A DNA stretch of 64,000 nucleotides from Meyerozyma guilliermondii (lineage: Eukaryota): positions 248,001 to 312,000 of the forward strand of contig CP128816.1 in NCBI GenBank assembly GCA_051546255.1, read 5' to 3'. Shown one piece after another: positions 29,915 through 41,794 of the stretch. The position numbers and the translations under genes were made by a program. The notes under the pieces are model-generated. The model made no database searches, was not told the DNA's origin, and saw nothing but the letters and a program-made list of their open reading frames with translations. Numbering within the stretch: the first letter of the stretch is position 1; each line of letters starts with the position of its first letter.

Positions 29915-32900
29915 CAACGCCATTATCAAGCTTTACTCTTTTTGTTTCTGGTAATTCGTCGTCGTTGAGTCTTTTGCTGCTTTCTCCGTTGCTGCATGTG
30001 TTATCGATAGCTGTATCCTGATTAAAAACTATTTTGTCGCCAATGAGTCCTTCCATTTTACCAAAGACCATTTTATTCCCAATCATCTTGGGTGCGTGTG
30101 TTGGAGGTGGTGAACTTGTAACTTCATTCTCATTCAGCTTGAATGGAAATTTGCACTCGTATATGTCTGGCCACTCCAACTTGAGAAACTTGGCGTATAT
30201 ATCTGGATCTTCCTTCATAATAGCCTCATAGTTTGAACCTGATTTCTTAGCCAATTCGGTGAGCAACGGCAAGATTTCTTTCTTGGCCATTTTCTTGTTG
30301 GTCGGAGTATCCAGAGCTGTGATGACTTTGTCGAGTTCGTACTTGTCGTCGTAATATAAGTACATTATAATCAAGATTGCAATCAGCGTATCGTCAATAA
30401 GTGCAGTAGGACCAAAGCCAGTGTTGAGACGTTTGAGCTCAACAAAGTCATGATTCAAACAGAAGTATGGCTTTATGGCAGGAGGAACCCCCTCCGTGGT
30501 GATCTTATCAACAATAAACTTCATTTTTCCGGTGAATTTGTAGTAAATTGTGTACATGATGAACTTCTCCGTAAACTCCTGGGTTATACCACATCTTTCC
30601 CGTACAACTTGGCAGACCGACGAAGTTAGAATGTTCCAAGCTCCTAAGGTATTAATCATAATTGAATTTGACTTCTTCAACTTGGGCATCATGAAGAAGA
30701 GATTACTTAAATTCTTCGTCTTAATGGAGGTTTCCATGTAAAAACATGCATATTGATAAGTGTAGCAGAAGTGCTTTCCCGGACGTTCAAAGTCAGGCTT
30801 CCAGATCTGGACGAGAGACTTTCCGCTAGACTTCGGTGATATCATGCTACTCATCTCCTCGAGAGCTCCTTCGGCATCATTCTTGTAGTCTTTGAGAATT
30901 TTTGCAAGCCTATAGCGAGGTTTGTGCTGCCATCTTTTCTTATCTTGTGATATGATCTCTCGAAGACATCTTAATATGGTGTCATTGAAGTCTTCTTCAG
31001 AGTGAATGGCAGTTACATCCACTATTGGAAACTCCTCGTGAAGACATTTGGCTGCGTACTCAATGGTGATGCTATGGTCTTTCACATACTTAAAAAGAAT
31101 TGAGCACAACTTATATCTGGGCTCAATAACACCATTATTGGCTTTGGTGACTGCTTCACAAGATGTAAGAAGTGTTTCGATAACGACTGTGGGATCCAGC
31201 TTGACTTTTCTTTGTACTTTGGATAGAATGTAGATGTTGCTCCACTCTCTGGGCGATGCACGTATTGCAAGGTGTAGAACCTGTTGAAGAATTTTGAGAC
31301 ATATTCTTCTACTTGCAATGCTCTCCCGCTCAACTGAAACAAATTCTCCACCTGATCCATCATTTACAAATCTGGGATTCTTGGTCACCTTGAAAGCATG
31401 CATGGACATTGGAGGCGTACAAGCATTGAACAATTCCTTCGAAAATGATTCCATGAGTTGACTCACCATAGGTTTGTAATCAAACCTATCAGATGTTCTT
31501 GCACACTGGTTTATTGCCATGAAGTAACAGAGTAATGACTTCCTCTGTAAGTTAGCCGGACCCACCTTCTTCTCGTCAGATTGTAGCTTATCGGCGGTCC
31601 AGGTTAATTCATCTTGAACAAAGTAGCCGTACACTTGACCAAGCAAGAACCAACTTTCTGCTCTCCATGGACAAAATAGTAAATCGTTTTGAAGAAGCGT
31701 AATGACATGCTCAAGTTCCACTGCTCTTATTTGCATCGACTTCTTTCTTATTTTATAGGTGGTGAAGATGATATTTCCCTGGAGAAAGTATAGTCCCAAG
31801 TCTGCCACTTGCTTTTTAGGACTTTCTGAATCGTCAGGACTTCTAAATGAAACGTCCATGAGTCCATGAAACGCATTTTTCATAAATCTTGGCGACAAAC
31901 TTGTCGAATCCAAGAAAAACTCGAGCACTTCTTGTCCTTTTCTTGCATCGATATCGGTGTCTATATTCGGGTCGCCAATTTCCTCATACAACATATCAAC
32001 AAGCGACCGAACATCAGACTTCATTGGATTGGAAATAGGATTCTTTTCGAAGCAAATAGGAAGAACAAATTTGATGATTGTCATTGCAGTATTCTTGTCA
32101 AACTTTTCGGTGCTCTTTGTGGCATGATCTTCGGGAGAGACGCCATTGATAGCTAAACTGCAATGGAATCTGCAGAGCAAAGTTTGGGCCACATCTTGAC
32201 TGAATTTTTTTGGTCCAATTTCCAACAAAATGTCTTGAATAAGACGAAGGTATAAACCATTGGAGCAGTCACACATTCTCCTTCCTCCAAGCTGCTCATG
32301 GGTTAGAGCAACAAGATCTCTGATCATTTGAGGATCCGACGAAGATAATTCCAAATTCTTGACATAAATTATGAGTAAAGACTCCAACCTGACGATTGCA
32401 TCTTTGAATGCATTATAAGCCTTTGGTGAGCTGATTTCGACTGAGCGTTTTCTGCTTGTGATCAAACTCGCTTCCTCGTGGAGAGAAAACATGTAAAAAA
32501 GCTCGAGAAGTTTGAAGTAACGCAAAAGTACATCGGGCGAAGCAGACGTCAATTTCCAGTTGCCGGTTTCCAACATTGTCACAAATTTGTTTAAAGAGGT
32601 TGCAAAGGAGCCAAGAACTCGCAAGAGCACAGTTTTTGCCGTACTCTCGCTTTCGTTGTACTTTTGCGACTTTAATGTGTTGATGATAGAATCTGAGTAA
32701 ACCTCAAACCCATTCTGGAACCTTTCTAGTTGCCCGCCCTCTTCGTAGAACAGAAATAAAATGTCCCATAAGCTGAGGGACATGTCTACCGGAGAAGACC
32801 CCAAGAACATACGAAGTTTCAAGAGTACCTTCTGGTTCACGTCGCTTTCATTGGTGTTTTCCAAAAGTATAGCTTCCATGATCTTGATAGCTTCATTTGT

Positions 32901-35238
32901 ATCTCCTCCAGATTTGGCACTCAATACCTTTGCAAACATTGATAGCACTGAGATAACAGTGAGTTCTGAATGAGGGCTGTCTTTTGTGAGCTCTGGAATG
33001 TTTGAAAAGTTACTGTATGATAGTTCAATAGGATGACCTAACAGCTCCAACAATCTGTTGAGCTCATCAATACTCTCAGATATAACATTGACGTCTTGCC
33101 AATTAGTTGTTCTCGATCTTTCATAGTGTATCATGGTCCATTTAAAGCGACAAATGCCTTTTAAAAAGTACAGGTGGGAATCAGGTTTAGGTGCTCCTAT
33201 TCTTAGCAACTTTTCTTTGACAAAAACTTCCCATTTCAGGATCTTTACGCTCGTTCTGAGCAACTCAGTAGCGACAATGCTCAAATTTGACTTGTCGTTT
33301 TTAGAACCACCTTTTTTGAGACTCTGAGATATCAACTTGTTAATTTCCTTACGAGCAGATGAATATGAGTCAACTAGAAATTCAATGGTGCCCACACCCA
33401 AGAGGAAGTGAGCCTCTACTTCAGTAGACTTAGCGTCGGCTGCCTGAGATGAGTTAAGTTTCTCAAGAAGAAAATCACTGGTTTGAAGTACCCATTCTTT
33501 GGTAATTGAAACAAGCTCACCGGGCCAGGTGGAATCGCTCGTGAGACAAACGACTTTCGAGGCTTCTGAAGTGTTGTTTGCGAGATCTGGAACCAACAAA
33601 TGAGCCAAAACCTTAACTTTAAAAGCTAAATAGTGGACATTTTTCTTGCTCCATTCCTCAAGAATTTCGCAAATCGTGCTTGATGATTCAAAAGTTTCTA
33701 TCGTGGGTGCGTGAACAGAGCTGGTGTCTTTGCTACCAAACTTGTCCAATATGTCGAGAAGCTTGATTTTAGCATCGTCTTCTTCCTTTGCCAGCGATCT
33801 CAGTGTAGTTTCGTTACCAAATAATGCATCAGTGTAAGTTTTTCCGTGCCAGTCGTTTAAAGTGTCAATGAACTCATTCAAATATCCATCAGAATTGAGG
33901 AAAGTTTTTACTATATCACCCAGGTAAAGGTTGCTTTCGTCGAGATTGCAAGTTTGGGATAATAATTGGCTTAGTTTGGTGAAGAAGATGGAAGTTTCAA
34001 CAAAAAAATCTTCTCGTAAATCGATGTCTTCAAGGTCGGCAACATTCTGCTGCTTGAACCTCTTTGAGGATCTCTGGATTTGTCTTTCTTCCTTTTCTTC
34101 TTTTCCTTCCTTCAATTCTTTCTCAGGTTCCTCTGCGACAGACTCCTGTTGAACTATAGGTGGTTCGTCAGTCGTTATTTCTGGCTCCTCGAGAGGCTCT
34201 GAAGCTTTAGTTTCAACCTCTTCGACTTCCTGGGACTCAATGGTGATTCTGTCCCATTGAGCGTCAGTGAGAAGGTATGGTTCCAAATTTTTTATTCGAG
34301 CCCTGGACACCTTCAGAGCCTTCTCTTTATCCATTCTTGATTTTGCGGCCTGATCTACTTGAAGAATCACATCTAGCCATGTAGTGCTCTTTCTCTTTAT
34401 CTTGATTTCAAAGTCGGTGAGAGCTAGAGCCTTTGATATTTGAGACTGAAAATCATCACGAACCGGCGCAAGAAACAGCAACTCTTTGTCGAGGCCTGGA
34501 GGCTCGAAATCCACGTCATCGCCTGCGATGTGTTTAAGAAGTACTGAGTACATAGACTTGAGGTTGTCGTTGATGGATAGGGTTGTAATTATGTCGTCGC
34601 TCTCTGTTTCTCCGCTGAGAGCGTACTCAATTGAGTACCTTAAGAGTCTTTTGAGGCCCAAATATGCAAAGATTTTGTACATCACACATAGCAAGTTTTC
34701 ATCGGGCTCTTGGTATACCACAGAAATCACCATATCGTCTATCATGGTGTAGAACATGTCTTTTATGCTTGGATCTAGCTCGCCATTGGCTGGTCCTGTT
34801 TGCTCCAGAGGTGTGTATATGCCGTTTTGTAGCATCTCCCAGTAGAGAAATGCTCTGTTTCGAAACACATGGTATCGTAAACTTTTCACACTTGGGGAAA
34901 GAAACGAAAGTTCATCGACCACCGTGTTGTCCCGACCATTCTGAACACCTCGAATCAACGATTCTTCTTCGTAATAATGGTTGGAGATGATTTCTAGCTT
35001 GAACAAGAGTTCATATTGGTTGGCTGCCTCCTTGAATTGGGATTTCCGTTGCAATTGGAGTGCTTTTTCAAAATCTTGGAGCGCCTGTTCGATTTGAAGT
35101 TCTCGAGTATGTTCTTCTTCAAGATCTTTTTTGGACGTTGCCGAGTCCTCAGAGAAGTTTAGCGGCACAAATGATGACTGGGTTAGTAGAAGAAGAGGAG
35201 GGGAGGGCTGTGGTGCACTATTTTATGAAACATACCAT
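29889..35238 (-). CDS. HIR3: HIR histone chaperone complex subunit; exon 1 is the ATG alone (35238-35236), exon 2 is 35177-29889
   Basis: EEEHTRELQIE N-terminal motif; WQHKPRYR and IWKPDFERPGKHF..Y motifs. Splicing supplies the missing start (MSSFVPLN). Confidence 0.9.
35178..35235 (-). other. Spliceosomal intron (58 nt) immediately after the HIR3 start codon
   Basis: Minus strand reads ATG|GTATGT...TACTAAC-C-CAG|TCA TCA TTT GTG CCG. All consensus signals are present and the join is in frame. Confidence 0.92.
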
Positions 35239-35416
35239 TATACCATGTACGATTTGCGAATTCGCGCGAGAGAAGAGAAGTCGAGTTGAGAAGATGATGG
35301 ATGAGAAACTTGGTTATTTCAGTTAAAACTGATTTCTATTGAATGGTCACTACAATTGGCTCAATTATCTCATTAAGCATTCTCAGCTATTATCATCATC
35401 TATACATTAATCTATG

Positions 35417-36145
35417 TTACAACTCTCCTGATGTCAGAGATTCCAGTTCAAGTTTCTGTTCAAGGTCTTCCTTCTGTTCTTTCTTCAATTGTCTTCCAAA
35501 CCGCAAGTACCATATGGTATGACTAGCAAAAATTCCCAACTCCATGGCGAGCACAATGGCATACAACACCATACTCATGATATCCATGGTGCCGAACACA
35601 ATACTGAGAAGCGAAAGAAAAGCTCCCATAGAGTCCATCGTCAAAAACACAAAGTTGATGCCTATAACTCTGCCCTGGCGCTTTGCTAACTCGAAATATG
35701 GAGGAACAAGTCCCACGGCGAGAAGCACAGATGCAATTATGCCAATCACGAGCATGGGCCAATGAGTACCATGTTCATAGACCGGACGCAACCAAAGGAT
35801 AAACCCAACCTCAAGTCCTACCGCTACAACAAGGAATGCAATGCTTTGCAACAAAATGTTGCGTGTGCTCAATTTCACGGGTGGATAATACAAGGTTTGG
35901 ATCCATGAAATGACACAGAAAAATGTGAATAATTGTGGTTGGATTCGAAGGGGAATTGATCCGTTGGTTCCAAAAAAATAGATGGAGAACGGGACTCCAC
36001 TGGCAGCCCAGAGAAACATCATCATGGGTGGAAGACCTTCACATTCCTTTTTACGGTAGTTTCTTATAATCTGGGGTACCAACTGGATACACCAGCAAAC
36101 CGTTCCTATGGTGCCTAGGACATTTTCTGCCACTGCGTTGTACAT
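35417..36145 (-). CDS. ILT1: PQ-loop membrane protein, YDR090C/Ilt1-like
   Basis: GTVCWCIQLVPQII..Y.KKECEGLPPMMMFLW; seven hydrophobic segments. Confidence 0.75.
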   Translation of the reverse strand: MYNAVAENVLGTIGTVCWCIQLVPQIIRNYRKKECEGLPPMMMFLWAASGVPFSIYFFGTNGSIPLRIQPQLFTFFCVISWIQTLYYPPVKLSTRNILLQSIAFLVVAVGLEVGFILWLRPVYEHGTHWPMLVIGIIASVLLAVGLVPPYFELAKRQGRVIGINFVFLTMDSMGAFLSLLSIVFGTMDIMSMVLYAIVLAMELGIFASHTIWYLRFGRQLKKEQKEDLEQKLELESLTSGEL

Positions 36146-36533
36146 GGCTTATTCGTGGAAAGTGTATGACTTTAGTAACTGATTCTGACTTCTGTTATCT
36201 GTTGGCTTTCCATCCTAATGACAGCTTTTTTCTTTTTATATGATCCTCACTTTGTTCGCGCGCAAAATTGCTCGATGGACTTTCCGAATTCGGGACCGGA
36301 ATTAGAGCCACCATCGAACATCTGACTAAAATTTTCAAAAAACGAGCCACACCATGTTTGACGTGTTAAGTAAATACACCCGCGTCGCGCCACTTGCAAC
36401 GTAGTGATACTCATACGAACACAAATAGGATTGTGACAAATGGCTGCGAATTGTCTGTGATCATAAGAACTGTGATTTTGGGAGCTGATTGGCCAACTCC
36501 TAAATTTTTCAAGCACTAAGCCTTCTCCCTTCT

Positions 36534-39428
36534 CTATTCCGAGTCAAACTCAAACCCATATTCGTCATCCACTGAACCCTTTGACAGAAGACTCAGAATT
36601 ACGGCTTGAGGAAGAGTGCTGCCGGTATATAGTGCCGGAAATTCCCCTTTCGGGCTAACGGAATTTGATTGCGCACCCGATTCAGGCCTTTCTTCCTGAG
36701 GCTCCAAATGCACCTCGTTACCAGGTGGGTTATAAGTGAGGCGGCCCGATGAGTCTTTGTGGAAAAAACTCGCAGGAATCTCAGAGATCGCATCTTCAGA
36801 ATCGCTCTTCAATTGAGGGCTGCGAAAAGTACTTTTGAGCCTTGTAGGTAGTTTTGCAACCACCTTGTTCTGTTTCGCAACTGGTCGCTGAATCGTAGAT
36901 TTTGGCCTGAAAATATTTTTTTCACTCACGTCGCTTAAATTGATGTCGCTTTCGTCCGAGGAAGTTGGTACAGCGATGAGATTCAAAATTTCTTCCTTGG
37001 CTTTTTCCTGGTTTTTCGTGCCAAAATTGTCCGGCTTCGCTGAACTAGCAGGTTTTGGACCAACTGAATCGTCCAGCGATTCATCTTTGACGTTTATGTA
37101 GTCTTGGATTGCGTCTGAGGTGCCAGCTTCGTGGGAACTGTCAGGTTCAAATCCACCACCTTCAGGTTCAAACCCACCACCTTCAGGTTGAAATCCTCCA
37201 GCTTCAGATCCTCCAGTTTCAGGCTCAAATCCTCCAGCTTCATGTTCAAACCCACCAGCTTCAACCTCAAACCCACCAGCTTCAACCTCAAACCCACCAG
37301 CTTCAACCTCAAACCCACCAGCTTCACCAGCCTCTACCTTCTCTGGCTCCTCTGTGACTGTTCCATGCTCTCGTATCAATCGTTCTGAGATTCTCAATCT
37401 CGTCAAGAAATGCTTCCAGTTTCTCAATGCTATCATTTCCACCATTTGTTCCAGCTTTTCTCTTTCCTCGTCGAGAAGCTGACCCAAAACCAACTCCACG
37501 GCTTCTCTATATTGTACGTCGAAAACTATTCCGCCCTCTTTAGCAGTAGCTTTGCTTCCCTTACCGAAATCAAACTTGACTACTGCCTTGGCATAGTCGA
37601 TTTGCAAGATTCTGGCGGTTTTTTCTAGCAATTTCAACGGTGTGGTTTTATCAGCTTTTAGCAAGTATCCATTCTCAGGCAACATGGTGGGAACATAAAC
37701 GTCGATATTTCCATACGCATTCTTGGGGACTTTTCCATCTTCAATTGGAGGAGGAATGTACAAACTGGTCTGAAATTCAGCATAGAGTCTCCCATCTTCC
37801 TCGTCGTCGTCTTCGGCATTTTTCTTTGTCTTCACCTTCAATGCTTGTGCTCCAACTTTGAGAACCCTTCCTCTCATATACCAACCTCTTGCTGATCTCA
37901 ACTGGTACACATGTGCTCTTTTATACACCGTCATGACAGTAGAGTTCTTCTTTGTGCGAGAACGAAACGTACCTACTTTGCTGGTAGCATCGTCTGGGTA
38001 GATGACTTCGTTCAGACGAAGTTGGCTCTTCAAAGCAAATAATGGGTGGTTTTTAAAATCAGCAAGACTATTGGGCATCCCTTCAGCTTTGTCTCTATCG
38101 TGAAACTCTTTGAGCTCGTAGGCATCCACGGAAGTCACTTTATCCCGTCGAATTGGTGAATTTGCTTGTCTTATCACTCGATTATACCACGTAACTTCCT
38201 CATTGGATCTAGCTTGTATCCGCTTCCTCGACGTTTTGGCATTGAACTGATAGCTATACCTTCGTGTGACATCCTTCACACCGCCTAGCTGATCATAAGC
38301 AATGACATATGTCATTTGGTTTCTGGGGTCAGAACTTGGAGGCTCAAAAGAAGTGCGTCTCCGCATTGGAGCAACTTCAACTGTCTTGAGGGTAATTGGG
38401 TCAATGCTGACCCACTTTTTCAGGTACTTGTTCCACACCTCAATCCAAAAGATGGGGTAGGACGACTGGTCGACAGGGTCTGAGGTGGGTTCCGCAAAAG
38501 TGGGCTGCTGCCTTTGAGCAAGTAGAAACTTTGCTTTTGTTGAATGGGTTTCGTCTGTGCTATTGACAGGTTCTGGTTGGTTTTCCATCGGCTCTGGAGC
38601 CTTTTCGACGGCTAGCGAGGTGTAATCCGGAGGCTGTAATGAGAACACTAAGCGAGCCCGAAGTCCTAAGGAACGCAAAAGACACACAAACCCTTGAGCC
38701 CCAAGGTCACGCGAGCCGTTATGGGCAAGTACCATTCTCTGGAACTTGTCAAAGGTCATGTTTCTCTCGAATTTCTTCTGCACCATCGAAAGTTCTCCCC
38801 AATTTTTGCGAATCAAACCACGCCTAGTAACGGTGAATTTTCGGGAATAATGGAGCATCAAGTTTCGAATTCCGTCGAGAAATCGCCGGGACTTGACCAT
38901 GGTGAGCGCATCGGTGTCCTTTTGGTCTAATAGGGCCACAATTGACTCCGGAACCGATTTTCGCATTGCTTCCAAAAGCACATAATCGTTGCACCACCGG
39001 TTTCTAATTGCTCCGTGGCACATCATCGCCACTATGTACCACTGGTGGATGAGTCTGCGTGTTCTGCGCTCGTCTCGAGACACCACCACTTTTTTGGGAG
39101 GGGCTTTTTTGTGGTGATTAATGGTGATGGTGATGGAGTCATCTTTTGGTGCAGCCGGCTCAGAAAGATCTGGTAACACATTTCCGAGCTCCACGTCTTC
39201 GAACTCGTCGGAATCGAGGTTTGAATCCGAATCTGAGTCGCCGACTGACTCAATTTGTTGGGGGTTTGGAGTGGTACGGCTGCTGTCTGTGTCTACAATT
39301 ATTGGCTCTGGAGTTGGTTCTGGGGTCTCTGAAGGGTTGTTTCGCTTTCTTCGCTTCCGGGACTTGTCGCTGGAACCCATACTTTGTGCGGCTTCACGGA
39401 GCAACAAGGAATAATTTCTGTCTTCCAT
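36534..39428 (-). CDS. RAD4: Nucleotide excision repair damage sensor Rad4/XPC
   Basis: GSRDLGAQGF, PIFWIEVW, KDVTRRY, DFKNHP, VPKNAYGNIDVY. Confidence 0.95.
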   Translation of the reverse strand: MEDRNYSLLLREAAQSMGSSDKSRKRRKRNNPSETPEPTPEPIIVDTDSSRTTPNPQQIESVGDSDSDSNLDSDEFEDVELGNVLPDLSEPAAPKDDSITITINHHKKAPPKKVVVSRDERRTRRLIHQWYIVAMMCHGAIRNRWCNDYVLLEAMRKSVPESIVALLDQKDTDALTMVKSRRFLDGIRNLMLHYSRKFTVTRRGLIRKNWGELSMVQKKFERNMTFDKFQRMVLAHNGSRDLGAQGFVCLLRSLGLRARLVFSLQPPDYTSLAVEKAPEPMENQPEPVNSTDETHSTKAKFLLAQRQQPTFAEPTSDPVDQSSYPIFWIEVWNKYLKKWVSIDPITLKTVEVAPMRRRTSFEPPSSDPRNQMTYVIAYDQLGGVKDVTRRYSYQFNAKTSRKRIQARSNEEVTWYNRVIRQANSPIRRDKVTSVDAYELKEFHDRDKAEGMPNSLADFKNHPLFALKSQLRLNEVIYPDDATSKVGTFRSRTKKNSTVMTVYKRAHVYQLRSARGWYMRGRVLKVGAQALKVKTKKNAEDDDEEDGRLYAEFQTSLYIPPPIEDGKVPKNAYGNIDVYVPTMLPENGYLLKADKTTPLKLLEKTARILQIDYAKAVVKFDFGKGSKATAKEGGIVFDVQYREAVELVLGQLLDEEREKLEQMVEMIALRNWKHFLTRLRISERLIREHGTVTEEPEKVEAGEAGGFEVEAGGFEVEAGGFEVEAGGFEHEAGGFEPETGGSEAGGFQPEGGGFEPEGGGFEPDSSHEAGTSDAIQDYINVKDESLDDSVGPKPASSAKPDNFGTKNQEKAKEEILNLIAVPTSSDESDINLSDVSEKNIFRPKSTIQRPVAKQNKVVAKLPTRLKSTFRSPQLKSDSEDAISEIPASFFHKDSSGRLTYNPPGNEVHLEPQEERPESGAQSNSVSPKGEFPALYTGSTLPQAVILSLLSKGSVDDEYGFEFDSE
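37143..37325 (-). repeat. Coding 21-bp minisatellite encoding E(A/G)GGFEx repeats in the Rad4 C-terminus
   Basis: Plus-strand unit ACCTCAAACCCACCAGCTTCA occurs three times exactly, plus diverged copies: 8 GGF units and one shortened ETGGS unit. Confidence 0.95.
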
Positions 39429-39450
39429 CGTAGCTCATGTTGCGAAGATG

Positions 39451-39538
39451 AAATCGATCGCACTAAATATTCGCGCTGAAAATCAGTAGCACTAATATTA
39501 TCGCTGCGAAAATCGATCGCACTAAATAATCGCACTGA
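39451..39538. repeat. Three 29-30 bp tandem units in the RAD4 divergent promoter
   Basis: aaatcgatcgcactaaatattcgcgctga / aaatcagtagcactaatattatcgctgcga / aaatcgatcgcactaaataatcgcactga; units 1 and 3 match at 27 of 29 positions. Confidence 0.8.
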
Positions 39539-39598
39539 AATATAAGCCATTCACCACCCATTCCAAATACACACTTTTGCACATAGAGCCATGCGACG

Positions 39599-41794
39599 AT
39601 GCTTGGAACCCTATTCCGACCCCGACTATCTCGCCAGATGCTTCTGGTGACCCAAAAAAGCCCCGTTGCCTGGAAAATGGTACACACAATGGCATCTCGA
39701 ATCATCGATAAACAGCATAGACTCATGTATAGAACCCTTGAAAGGGAAAAAACCCGGTACAAAAAGAGCAAAATCGCCTTGAATCCTCGAATGCGTGATC
39801 TTTTGGTATACTTGCACAAATTTAAAGACGGGAACGTTCACCATATTCACTTGAAGTCTCCATCTCATCAAGCCAAAAACGCCGAGCTTCTCGAAGCTGT
39901 GGTTTTTCACATCATTATGGCACTCCATTGCATCAATAACAACATTCCAGTGGAAAAGCATTACAGAGCGTCACTCGAAGAGATCAAAAGGCGAAAAGAG
40001 ATTAGCCGAATTTCGAATGAAGACCTCGACTTCGACTTCGACATCGACTCCAATATTCAATCTTTGGTCGAAAAATTTACCATAAAAAATGAAAGTTCCC
40101 ACAGCCAAAGCCATTTACATGATACCCAAAGGACCCATTTGCATCTTTCTCTACAAATTTTCAACACACTTTCAGACTACAAATTTCTGGATTTGGTTTC
40201 TTGGATTGGTTCGGTTTCGGCACCATCTGTCCTAGACAGCTGTAAGTCGCTAGCCACACTCACGGAAATTCCACCATTTGTCACCTCAGATCTACTCCTA
40301 CGTACACCAATGAGCCCAGCAGACCTCCAGCTCCAAATCGATGTCTGGTACCAATTTATGGCAGACATCACCACCGCCTATCATCACCGCAATTCGCATT
40401 TGAAAGATATCATCGATAATCTTTTGTTCTATTCTGTGGTTCACGACACCTCCTTGCTCCCAGACGTCTTACATCGAACCCTTGGCCATCTTACCGACAA
40501 GAAAAAAGCGTTCCACTTTCCCTTTGTAAATAGCGAGTATTTGAACAAACTCATGTGGACGCTAGCTTTCGACTTCACGAGGATCTCGAACCAAAATCAA
40601 CTTGTCAAACTGGTGGTTTCGGCCCAGGAAATCATCGTCAAGTATATGGCTACAGTTGGAAAAGTCAGGTTGAAGCTTGAGGGCCACATGGGAGTTGTGC
40701 TAGCTGTGAACTCGATTTCGCAAACCAAGGCTCGGCGGTTTTTCACCATAGCTGAGCAGAAGTTTGTTGATGGGTCTGTTCTTCTGAGCCGTGAAATGAG
40801 CTGCTACAATTTCACCAAGACATACTTGAGCGATACCCCGGAGTCCCTACTCGATACCTTCAATTCTTGTGCCATTGACAACTTTCATTCGGCCAGCTTG
40901 TGGTTCGCATTTGTCACCAAGCTTCGCCAGTTCGACTTGATGACTGTAGCCCGCTCGAAAAAGATTCTTGAGGAACTTGTCAAGCACAGCGATCGTCTTC
41001 TCATTACCAAAGATATCCTTCTGGTACTTTTGTATCCATTGCAAAGTTTGAAAAGCATGCATGAATTCATGCAAATATTGGGAAGTGGTCAAGCAGGGCA
41101 CAATATGGTAGCGGCGCATATTTCAGTGCTAACTCCCAAGTATCTTGCGGCACTTTATAACAATCCTGAAGCTGACGTGGTACCAGACTCGTTATGGAAT
41201 TTTGCTGAAGAAGTAAAGGCTCTCCAACTAGCAAGACACATTTATGCTAAAGCCAAAAAGACACCCAAGTTGGTGGGGATTATGCTCAATGGTGAGGCAG
41301 GTTTACAACCCCAACGGATATACGACTTGTACAAGACGGAGCTCACGGATCGAGGTTTGTTTCCAGACGAACAGTGTCTACTTGCATTGATAGTTGCAGC
41401 CAGTAGTTCGCTGGAAACTGTGCTTATGTGGGGTAACTTGTATGCTCCACAAGTGGCCATTAGAGAGTTCAATATCTTTACTGCTGGCAGCGACAAACGG
41501 TCCTCGCGGTACCTCCGTCTTAGCGACAAGCTCTGGCAGCGGTACATTGCAATGCTAGTTCAATTTGACTATAATTCAGAGTTATCTACCATTTTGCAGC
41601 GATGGGTCGAGATCGAGTTCCAGCCTTCTCCGGAAACTTTGATGGCATTGTTGCGGGCTCTTCCCGTAGACTTTGCGCTGCGGTGTATAAGCCACTTTGA
41701 GAAGCTCAGGAGAGAAAGTATAGGAGACCAGTTGAAGGGCCCAAGTCTGTGGTCGTGGCCGACAGTTGAGGAAATGAGACAAAAAAGAAAATGA
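39599..41794 (+). CDS. Putative mitochondrial helical-repeat (PPR-like) protein
   Basis: Arg-rich, acid-free N-terminus. C-terminal segments resemble PPR motifs (GLFPDEQCLLALI; WQRYIAML...FQPSPETLMALL). Confidence 0.5.
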   Translation: MLGTLFRPRLSRQMLLVTQKSPVAWKMVHTMASRIIDKQHRLMYRTLEREKTRYKKSKIALNPRMRDLLVYLHKFKDGNVHHIHLKSPSHQAKNAELLEAVVFHIIMALHCINNNIPVEKHYRASLEEIKRRKEISRISNEDLDFDFDIDSNIQSLVEKFTIKNESSHSQSHLHDTQRTHLHLSLQIFNTLSDYKFLDLVSWIGSVSAPSVLDSCKSLATLTEIPPFVTSDLLLRTPMSPADLQLQIDVWYQFMADITTAYHHRNSHLKDIIDNLLFYSVVHDTSLLPDVLHRTLGHLTDKKKAFHFPFVNSEYLNKLMWTLAFDFTRISNQNQLVKLVVSAQEIIVKYMATVGKVRLKLEGHMGVVLAVNSISQTKARRFFTIAEQKFVDGSVLLSREMSCYNFTKTYLSDTPESLLDTFNSCAIDNFHSASLWFAFVTKLRQFDLMTVARSKKILEELVKHSDRLLITKDILLVLLYPLQSLKSMHEFMQILGSGQAGHNMVAAHISVLTPKYLAALYNNPEADVVPDSLWNFAEEVKALQLARHIYAKAKKTPKLVGIMLNGEAGLQPQRIYDLYKTELTDRGLFPDEQCLLALIVAASSSLETVLMWGNLYAPQVAIREFNIFTAGSDKRSSRYLRLSDKLWQRYIAMLVQFDYNSELSTILQRWVEIEFQPSPETLMALLRALPVDFALRCISHFEKLRRESIGDQLKGPSLWSWPTVEEMRQKRK

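Noticed and set aside
37143..37325. Repeat array as CRISPR-like or mobile element; overlapping alternative ORFs
   Set aside because: No unique spacers; it is an in-frame coding minisatellite, which also explains the open alternative frames.
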